Shown piece after piece: positions 1 through 10,800 of a stretch of DNA of 64,000 nucleotides. Both the position numbers and the translations under genes were made by a program. The DNA comes from Podarcis liolepis (taxonomy: Eukaryota). The first letter of the stretch is position 1, and each line of letters opens with the position of its first letter. The notes under the pieces are model-generated. The model did no database searches, was not told where the DNA came from, and saw nothing but the letters and a program-made list of their open reading frames with translations. The stretch lies in NCBI GenBank assembly GCA_965112155.1, contig OZ218103.1; one strand, 5' to 3'.

Positions 1-432
1 ACTGCAAATGCAAGGAGAAAGAACACTCTGGCCCCATCCATCAGTCAAAGGAACAAAAACCACCAATTGCTTATTAAGCATGATCCCTAGCAAAGGAAGA
101 TCAGCCTGGCCTGAACTGGATATAAACACCCTCTTAAACCTCATCACTTTGTTCTGACCTTGAATAACTTGATCTCCTTCCTCGATGTTTTCCTAGTCTG
201 TTGTTTTTTCATTTTGTAAGCCTGATGTCAAGGGTTTCTCATTACTTACTTACTTATTTGAGCCACTTGGGAACTACAAGTGTTTGAAAATTGTGACTGA
301 AATACAGTAAATAGATGCTTTTGTGCAAACTTATCCTAAGTTTAAAATAGAAGGTTCTTTAGACATTGGTACATGAAAACATATTTAAAGGCCCATTGCT
401 ACTGTCTGTGTTGCATCAGGATTTCTGGAGTT

Positions 433-460
433 ACACACACACACACACACACACACACAC
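433..460. repeat. (CA)n microsatellite
   Basis: Direct reading. Confidence 0.95.
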
Positions 461-1088
461 CCAGGTCATGAGTCCATACTAAAAAAGGAAATCAATATAC
501 ATTTGACTGTCAACTTGCTTTTTAATTGGCTCGTGTCCTATTCTTGCTGCATAAAATGGTTTGTACTTGGTTCTTAGGTAGTCACACACTCATGCAGTAC
601 TGAGGCCCAGACCTTCAGCAGCAGAACTGCATCATGTGCCTTCAAGACTGTTTTCTGGGCCTGGTGGTTAGAATATTCAAGTTGCATAGTAATTATTTTT
701 AAGGGAGTTCAAGCTGTATACAATTGTGAAGATCACTCCTATTTATATAGCACTAAATTTGTAAAGGTCATTTCAGTCTTGTTAAACATCTGAGATAAGA
801 GTAAGAGATAATAAATTGCCTCTTTTTATTTTCTTTATTTCTGAATATCTGTAACCTTAAGCCTCCTAGGTACTCATGCCACATATTAACAGCAGTGATT
901 ACACAACCCTAGACAAAATTTCAGCAAGATGCAGTTCCTCCAGAATCATTTGTTACCTTTCACTAACCAATATTAAGACTCAGCATTTCAGTGTTTAAAA
1001 TATGAAATTGAAGAATACCAGCAAGTCCCAAATGCAGCTGAACACAACTGCTTAACAAGAAGCACCTGCATGGATTAAATCTGAGACA

Positions 1089-1377
1089 TTTATTTTCCAC
1101 TATATTTCATAGCAATGCATTTCCTGAAAGATGGGTGGGATGTTCAAGTATGACTGAGACACTAAAGAGTCAGAATGCTATGAAGGTGCCTCTCCAAATA
1201 CAATTTTAATGTTTGTCATGAATAGTGTTAAGGTAAAGCTCAGGTGGAAAAGCAAATTAAGAAGTGCTGGGTATTGCTGGGACTAAGTGACAGTTTCTTT
1301 GCAGACAACTACAATTTATTCTACCATAGTAAGATATATATTGCTAGACAAATACTTTAAACAAGAGCTTATTTATT
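1089..1377 (-). terminator. Candidate CSE1L polyadenylation signals (AATAAA at 1377-1372, 1320-1315, 1094-1089)
   Basis: TTTATT hexamers on the + strand, 390-680 nt downstream of the stop in an AT-rich 3' UTR. Confidence 0.55.
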
Positions 1378-1765
1378 CACAATTCAGATAAATTTTTTGA
1401 GACACAAAAGAAATACAAATGACAATAAACTGGAAAAAAATAAGTGACAACATGAGTTTGCATCCAGTACTCTATACATTTTAAAATGGTACCCAAACAC
1501 TGCAGATGTGGAACTTCAATCAATCCCAAATGATAAACTCCTATTACTATTCCCTTTGAAAGCAAACTGGGAATGGAAAAGTCACTTGCTTCTTTACCTA
1601 TGATCACATGAACAAAGTATCATTCAGCTTCTGTATCAAGCAGTAATTCAGTGATGTGTTTTTCGAAGTAGCAACTCGTTTCACCTTGTCCGAGCTTTGT
1701 TTAGAACAGTCAATATCAGCGTTCCTTGATGCAACTTTGAAATTCTCCCATTCAAAATAAAGAGG

Positions 1766-1855
1766 TCAGAGCAATGTTACACTTGCAGCCTGTAAGTATC
1801 CTTGAAGAAATTTCAAAGCTTCTGCATTCAGGCTAGTACTCAGCATCGAGGGAAC
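1766..1855 (-). CDS. CSE1L: CSE1L exon 25, coding part (stop TGA 1768-1766)
   Basis: VPSMLSTSLNAEALKFLQGYLQAASVTLL*. Confidence 0.95.
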   Translation of the reverse strand, partial: VPSMLSTSLNAEALKFLQGYLQAASVTLL

Positions 1856-4800
1856 CTTTAAACACAAGATAGAGTGGCACTATTAATATGCATCTAAATT
1901 ACAGTACAGTGGTGCCTCGCAAGACGAAAAGAATCCGTTCCGCGAGTCTCTTCGTCTTGCGGTTTTTTCGTCTTGCGAAGCAAGCCCATTAGCGGCTTAG
2001 CGCTATTAGCGGATCAGCTGATAAGCGGTTTAGCGGATCAGCTGATAAGCGGCTTAGCGGATCAGCTGTTTAGCGGCTTGGGAAAGGGGGGGGAGGAAAA
2101 AAACCCCCGCAGGAACTCGCAAGACATTTTTGTCTTGCGAAGCAAGCCCATAGGAAATTTGTTTTGCGAAGCACCTCCAAAACGGAAAACCCTTTCGTCT
2201 AGCGGGTTTTCCATCTTGCGAGGCATTCGTCTTGCGGGGCACCACTGTACTTTAACATACCAGCATGCAGACATTCAGTAGTGTTTTAACATTTTAGTTT
2301 CTCCAAATCCTAAAGCGTTAATTGACTTGTGTGCATCTCAGCGTATACTTTCATATTATAGCTTCGTCTTGCAGTCAGCACTTAAGCTATTGCCTGCATC
2401 TACACACTTTGGTATCGTCGCTGCAAACAATGCGCAGAGCTAGCACAGCCTGATCTGTTTCTAGTCAATAAGGACCAAGGGCACTTGTAAAACTCCCTAG
2501 TCCCTCAAACCACGGGGGCGGGGGCAGTACCATGCTGCCAGGACTGTGGGAGGTTAACTTTGGATGCAAGGAAAGGGAAAAAGATGGAATCATGTATGTG
2601 GTTATCCAGTTAGTCCAACCAGCATGAAGCTAGGTGGAAAGTTATGAACACACCTCTTCACCTTCTACTTGGTGAGCTGGTGCATGGAGCAATGCCACAA
2701 CCAAGTAACCATCCAGTTGCTGACTAGAGTTTGACAAATTAAGCCATATCAGAACCAGATAATCTGAAAGTGAAGCACGCTTTAGAAATCGCTCTTGCAG
2801 AAGCCTGGCACCCCAGTCCCCAACACATCTACAAAATCAGCACAACTGATTTCAACAGAGTGCGATTATGAGCACGTTCATTCAAGATAGCAGTCAAAAA
2901 AAGGAATCTTCCAATTTTGACACACTGCGTTTTCTAGGATAAGAGAATAGACTCAGGAGAGAGAAACGATTCCCCACATTCATATCACCACACACACACA
3001 CACACTAGATTACAGCCATGCAATCTTACTCTGCCTGGACACGCAGTTGATAACTTGTGAAGAGACTGTGCAAGATGGATTTTAGGATTGTTCACAATTT
3101 GGCCCACTGGATCGTGTTCTTTTTTCCCAGCAAAGGCAAGCTGGGAGAATGCAGTTTGGTACCCTGGCGTGTCTTCTATATCAATGAAGTGTTCTTCGTC
3201 AGGAAGGGTATCATCTTCAGGCAACTCAAAGAGACCAATGAGGGCCTGAAGAAGGGGTGTCCTGTGGAGAAAACCTTTTATTTAATGGACTTATTTGTTG
3301 CTCGCTGCAAAAGAATCTAAGCAACTTACGAAAATTAAAATCTTAAAGGCGTAGCACAAAAACAATATGTTACAGCAAACCATTTCAAACCACCACAGAA
3401 AACAGCCAATTTTCAGCAGCAGAATATTCCTTAGGCAGAGGACTACCTGGATCTAGTTATCAGAGCCAGAGCAGAAACTGGCAATGGAATGGCACAAGCA
3501 TTCAGAAAAACTGGAAAAAGCCTGTCCATACTCTGGCTGTTCTTCTATTTTGGACGGTGTCCAAGGAAAACAATGTACTTGCTCTTGTTTCCATTATGCT
3601 CCATACATTTATTTGTTTTCCTTATAATTCATATTTCCTCTACAATATAACCACTGCCTTGGTATAAATGCCCCTGGAACTGTTGCTGCCAAATTCATTG
3701 ATATTGTTATAATTTGGCTATTATTGGAGGAATATTGGAAAACTACTAACAACTTATTTGGAACGGTTCCTGCCGGGAACACTTCTTACTGACAGCTGCA
3801 CTCCAGCCCACCTTCTGCTCACACAAGCATTCAAGCTCTAGTAGTAGATAGGTAGCCGTGTTGGTCTGCCATAGTCAAAATAAAAAAATTCCTTCCAGTA
3901 GCACCTTAAAGACCAACTAAGTTAGTTCTTGGTATGAGCTTTCGTGTGCATGCACACTTCTTCATACCAAGAACTAACTTAGTTGGTCTTTAAGGTGCTA
4001 CTGGAAGGAATTTTTTTATTCAAGCTCTAGTCACTCCTGCTCCTGACTTGGCAATGTGGATTTTATTATTATTGTTGTTGTTGTTATTTGTCTTAATCTA
4101 GAACAGGAGAACTTATATCTTATTAATACTTTTGCTCCCTGACTAAGGTGCATGGGAAAACCACTTTCAAAAGAGGAATATACAACCAAACCTATTGCTT
4201 CTCAAGTGCTAGGTGGGGACAGTGAATGGTGGACACAAAACAAGCAGAGGGCTTAACTGCTGAGGTCTTCTCCACTGATACTGACCAGAAGCCCATATTA
4301 ACAACACATAATGCGCTAACATATTCTGGTTACATATCATTAGTAAACTTCATTACTCTGAACTATGCTAAATTGCATGTGCTTCCTGACCTCACACACA
4401 CATATTCTGCAAGATTTGTATCCTGAAAACACTGTCCCTAAACTGATCCCCTAAATTCTTTCAGACACAGCAAGATTGAATTCTCACCCCCAAGTTGGAA
4501 CTCTTATCCTCTTATTCCTAACAACACAGCATATTTTGGCCAGCACATTTTCAAATCTTTTTTGAAATAGGAATGGAAGCAATGGAGGGAGGGAGAGGCC
4601 AACAGAGAGATTCCTTCCTTTGGCAAATATCTCTGTTGCAACTGTTTAAGCAAAAACTAGCATATTCCCTGGGTAAGATAGAAATCTTTTTTTAAGAGAG
4701 GAATTTCTTCTTCATCCTTAGAAGTTCTACCTTTCAATAATAAACTTTATCAAAGAAGTAACTGCACTTACCACAGCTTTGTGTATTCTGTGTCCATCAT

Positions 4801-7800
4801 AGGAGGGCATTCTGTGAGTATTTTTGTGATACCAACGGCACAGATTTTCTTTTCTACTTGCCCAGATACTTTCTGTATTTCTGGTATTATGATTTTCTCT
4901 AAAACCATTCCAAACATCCTGTTAAGTGCCAAAAGAAACCCATTTAATCTTGCAGTATCCACCTAATGCATTTATTGGGTCAAGTACAGATAATTAGAGA
5001 GGCTAGAGATCCATTGACTCAGAAATCTGAACACAAATCAGGCAGACCACTGAGCATTACCAAGGAAATGGTGTGTTATGAGTTCCTGGCTTAATCAGTA
5101 TACCATGAGAGAAGAGCATTAAGAGGCCTCAACATTTCTGACTGAACAGTGACAGAGAAAAGGTGCCAAATCCAAAAAGTACCAAATTATAAGGGCATAC
5201 TTAAGAGTTTGCTCCTGAGCCTTCCTTTGCCATCTTGAATTAAAGCTGCAAGTGCAAACAAAGAATCTTCCTTTGCAGCCAAAGTAGTTATATTATTATT
5301 ATTAATTAAATTTGTATGCCACCCTATACCCGTAGATCTAAGGATAGATAGATAGATAATACTTTATTCGGCTATAAGCCCACCAGGTAAAACCAATCGG
5401 TAAATAAAATAGCATTTTACATTTTAAAATATCAACCAAAATATTTCAACGCATAATCTCCTTCACATTACACACAGTTTCTAGATGTACCATATTGTGG
5501 CCTTGAATATAAAGATGGTGGATAGAGTTTACTAGATTTTAATAGTCATGCAGCATTCCATGAAGTCTTTTATATGAAAGAACAGAATTCAGGAATCTTG
5601 CAACCTGTAATGTTCTATAAGAGTCAATGTCCTGGAGTAGATAGGCTAGATGTAATTCAGGTGGTTTAGCAACAGTTTCCAAAATGATTGAACTCAGAAT
5701 CCTTGATCGGGGAACAATATATAAAGGACAATTAAACAAGATATGATGAAGGGATCTAAGGACAATTCACAGCCTAAACAACTTTTCAAAAGGGTGATTG
5801 CTCCTGGTTCTTCCTCTACAGTTTGCCACCTTGAATTAAAGCACATAACTGTCAGGCCTTTATTGCAAGATGACACCAAATTAATTATGAAGTCTAGCCA
5901 CTTGTGAGGGGATCACTTGGTTTTGCTGCCCTAGGCTTTGCTGGGAGGAACGGTGGGATATGAATTTAATAAATAAACAAACAAATAATATATTTTCATA
6001 TTCACTTTCAGCTCCGCTGCCTTCTTCCTGGGAAACAGAATGATACCTGAAAATACAGCTATCAGTTATCCCTAGTATAGCCTGGTGCAGTCAGTGTGGT
6101 ACAGTGGCTGCAGAGCTGGATTAGACCCCCGGAATACCAGGGTTCAAATCCCCATTTGGCCATGAGGCTCACTGGGTGGCCTTGGGCCATTCACCCCCTC
6201 CCAGCCTAACCTACTTCACAGGGTTGTTGTGAGAATAAAATGAGGAGCAGGAGAACTGAGATGAAAGGCAGGATAGAATTGTAATAGTAAGAAACAGAAA
6301 GAAAACTAAAAAAGAAAAGAAAAAGATACTAACTTTGGCTGTATACTGTCAAATATTTCTTGAAGTGCTATTGCTCCGTATCTTACACAATACAAGTTGA
6401 TAAAGACTAAGAAACCTATTAAAAGAAGAAGAATGAATCAGAAGCTGTAAAAGAGCACGTATAACAGTATTAATATGTGTCTCTCTCTTCTATAAAATCA
6501 CAGTGAATAAGCATCTGTATCTTTCCTGCTATCTGTCGACAAAACTTCTTTGCTGGTTTCACAGGGTCTCTAGGACCCACCTGGCAAAGCTGTTATGCAG
6601 AGGGACCAACTCCATCACAAATCCCCACCAACCCAGCTCTTATACTAGGTAGGCACAAAGTTCAAGCTTCAATGAATATTCCTCTCTTTGCCTCCAAATC
6701 CTGTTACTCTGACCAATATGCCCTTTACAGTGGTACCTTCGGTTATGAATGGGATCCGTTCCGGAGTCCCGGCTGTATCCCGAAAATTTCATAACCAGAG
6801 GACCGCTTGTGCGCACGTGCGAGCGGCAAACCTACTTCTGGGTTTGCCACGGCCGTAACCTGAACGTTACGCAACACAAGGTACCACTGTATTGCCATCT
6901 TTGAAATCAAATCAAAAGACAAGTGATGATTGTTCTGATCCAAAGCATACTAAGCCCCTCAGGGCAGAGTTCTTCCCCAAATCTATCAGCCATAAAACAA
7001 ATAGCTTACTTTTGATAAATTTTGTTGTTTTGGAATTCTGAAGTCTTTGGAATAACAGGATGAAAATTTGTTTCCTGTACTGATCAATGGATTCACTAGA
7101 AAGACAAAAATACGTTGAAACCGGTTAATCAATCCAGTAGGCCATCTGAGTGTACTATTTCTTAACTTTCTTTTGGCATATTTTGAGTACATCCGATGGG
7201 AGATCTACAATAATGCAAGCTAATAGCAGCAAAATTACTTGAATTTGGTATGTTCATACTCACGGGGGCATATGTTCTATAATACTGTTGAGAAGGTAGA
7301 ATCCTTGATGGTCATTAAGTTTAGAGGCAATAAGTTTCTGGAACACACCCAAAAGTCCAGGCTGTAAATTAAGGAAAACACAAAGTTTTGCATTGGCCTC
7401 CACAGTCACAGCAGGCGCTGCAACGTTCCAACAGCTTGACCTCACCTCCAAAGGTGCACTCCTCTGTTGTCTCCCAAGACAGACAGATGCCAGCAAATTA
7501 TTAACAGTAAAATGATCTGGCAGCTACAAAATCTACCCAGAATGGAATTATGATGTAACTGACTACCAGAGCACAACAGTCAATGAGTCTGGGAACTGAT
7601 TTAACTCTGCCTAGTTAAACTTGCCTAGCAATGGGGTAAAAAACTGAGTTAAGATTATTCAGGAATTTCAGATCATAGCTGGGTATTCAGCAGTGCTAGG
7701 ATAGATTGAATGCACTACTGAAAAGTATTGCTTTCATGGGAAAGAAGTATCTAGCTCATCTAATAATTTTATGGCTTATGTAACTAGCTTGCATGGCTTG

Positions 7801-10800
7801 GAAACAACAGGGAAAATATATAGCCATTCATTCTCTGTAAGTGACAAATGCCTAGCATCAAGTGCAGATTAAGAATTTAAGTCCTGCAGGATCAGGCCTA
7901 ACTAGTCCCACATTCTGTTCCCTGATTGGCTACCCAGACCCCTATGGGAAGCCCATAAGAGGACATGAGCAAACCAGCACTCTCCAACAGACTGGAAGGG
8001 CTGATTTTGGGGGCTGGCATCTTTATGAGAATTCTAAACGGAAACCCAGCCAGTAATCTCTTCAGTCTGCAAAAATCTGAAGTCAGTAAGACTTCCATTC
8101 CCAAACATAATGAAAGTGGCTCTGGGGGCTGTAGGAGGGGCCTCAGGTGGATCTCATTTCCTTCTCTGAATGAAAGCAGCATTTCCATTTGTGGAGGGGC
8201 AAATCTGAATCCATTCCAACATGAAAAGAAACTTGCTCAAGATAATACATTCAAAATGTGTCGTTTTCTACAATGAAGCATATGCATAGCATCTTTGAAT
8301 TCTGCCTTCTAGGGTCGCAGTCTGGTGCAGACTTTTCCCTTAGTGATAGCCATTAGAGTCTAATAAAGTTTTGTAACTTCACAAGCTAACTTGAATTAAC
8401 AACTTGGATTTTCAGGGTGAGTAAAAGATAATTCATTCTTTCTGATATCTACTAACACAGGAGAGGGTCTCCAACCTCTTTTTTATGAAACACACACACA
8501 CACACACACACACACTTTTAGAAATCAAGCAATGCAATCAGTGTATACATACAATTTTGTCAGCTGCGGCATTTGCTATCGTGCTGGCACCTCTCTCCAA
8601 GTAGGCCTGAAGGAGTCTCACCAAAGGGGGGATGTTTCCTGACCTCTCCCACAAGACTGGCTGAAGCAGGTGTGGAAATAAGGCCATATACGACGATGGG
8701 ATGTCATTTTTATGCATTTCCAGAAGCAGAGACATCACTTGAAACACATATGGAATGAATTCTGTTGAAAGGGGAAGACGGTTTATAAGTGACAGGAGGG
8801 TGTATTCATGTGTGCAAATACTGATACCTACAGTATAATCCAAAGGAGCATTTTGTGATTTTGAGCTGGTTGTGAACTCTCAGTCTAACCTACCTCCTCA
8901 GAGAATAAGAAACCACCATTTATAGCACCCTGAGGTTATTGGAGTAGGGGTGGGCCAATAACATAAATAAATGAATATAGCCACACAAATTAAGATTTTT
9001 CTTTTGGCTTACATAAAGATAAGAAGATATGGGTGGTCATATGTACATCTGCCAAATATAAAAAGGTGTAAATAGGTATATTTTCAATTAGATAAATAAA
9101 TAATGGCTACTTGAACTGCAGACACTGCTTATACCGTATTTCAAAGAAGCCAGATCATGTTTTATTTTTACCTTGCACGTCATTCTGCAGAATCTCTGTG
9201 AACACCATAAACAAAGCATCTTCAAAGCTTCCAATAGCAGTGGGGTTTGCTTTGCAAGTTATCCTTATTGACAAGCAAATTGATTCAAACATGTAATGAT
9301 TAAAGTGAGGCTTGCTTGGATTCTAAAAAGGAAAAGGAAAAAAAGAAGACGTGAACACCACAAAGTTACTGATAAGATTCTTACTTAAACTAAAAAGCAA
9401 GAAGTTGCTTTCAGTGCAACTATCATTACCTAAAACATGATAATTCTAGTCACACCATAGGAAAGCAAACAGTTAACCTCTGACATGAGCCTCCTCCAAT
9501 CTCTAATCAGGTCAAAATCTGAAAATGGCCATATTTAGCTTGTATCTGGCTAGAACCTCCTCTTGAATTCCCAAGGCCGCCTTAGATGAATATCAACACA
9601 CTTCTGACTACCAAGTTACTTTTCACCGTATAGATTAACAGTTACATCAATTATAGGTGGACGTACAACTATATATTAAGAAAAATCACATGACAAGCTT
9701 AAATGCTTCCATGCAAGTTCCAATCACAATTTTTACTATAACTTACTAGATCCTCATTTAACTTGCATGGAAATTACATGAAAACACAGTGAAAAAATAT
9801 TTTGATGTTTATTAACTATTAATTTTATTCAGCAGACACACTTGGGGGTTTTTTTGGCTATGCTTTTATATGTACATTTGTTCTGTAGTATTCAGTGGAA
9901 TCTCCTGATGTGTCTCTACAAAAATTCAATAGAATTCTTTAAAAAAGCGGATACAGTGATATAAGTAAGAGAAAACCTAAGGTTAAAATAAAGTTGTATT
10001 CAATAGCTCTTGTCCATAAACACAAGCCCAGAGCAGCACTGTGTGCGCAGATCCACTGTGTGCCCAGTAGATCTTGGGATCATGGTGAGTACCTCCCCCT
10101 CCACACACATAACTTGGTTCCCTAACAAGGATTCAAGCAAGCTTTATTTTTTAAATTGGCAAGGAATTACATCAACGCAAGTGACAAAAAGTGAACCTCT
10201 AAATCAGGTCGGGAAAAGGGGAACAGAAGAAAGCAATAGTATCTTCTTTTTTACCTTACTGACAGCAAGCAGTTTCTGTGTGAGTTGAGTGATGAGAGAA
10301 GGGATGTAGGGAATTATGGCTTCCTGAAGTAGGGAAAAGCTTCTCATGATAGCTGGAAATTCAGAGATTTATATTACTGAATGCAGAAACAACAGCAACA
10401 TTAAGCTTAACATTACCTTTTCTTCCTTGCATAAAAATACTAGATCTTGTAGGTTGCATCCAAGATAAGAACTTGTTTATTAAGTTTTATATAGGCACGT
10501 AGCACCACATTCAAAAATACTAATGGGAGAACCTCTAAGATAGAAAAAGTGGTTTAAATTTGAGGGTAACTATTTGGACTAATAAATGTAGCCTCTTACC
10601 TTTCATAATATACTCATTTTCTGATGACCCTGGAAGTGTCAGTGCTTTGAAAAGGTTTGTTAGCAGCATTTCTGTATATGGTGCCATCTCTGCAGCCGTA
10701 ATCCTGCAGAGGAAAAGAGTGTTTGATTATCACCAATGTTCTTCCAATGACTCATCAAGATCCTCTACTTTGGAGAGTCTTACCAATCCTGAATGGACAC

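Noticed and set aside
2006-2077. CRISPR-like repeat array
   Set aside because: Head-to-tail tandem units without spacers, in eukaryotic intronic DNA.
1973-2281. 102-aa ORF with LADQLISG repeats
   Set aside because: The peptide repeat is the translation of the 24-bp tandem array inside a MITE; no splice or homology support.
4919-6333. Possible U12-type intron 22 in CSE1L (GTATCTTT near the donor, CTTAAC near the acceptor)
   Set aside because: GTATCTTT is 4 nt inside the frame-preserving GTTAGT donor, and CTTAAC abuts the AG with no spacing, so the geometry does not fit a minor intron.
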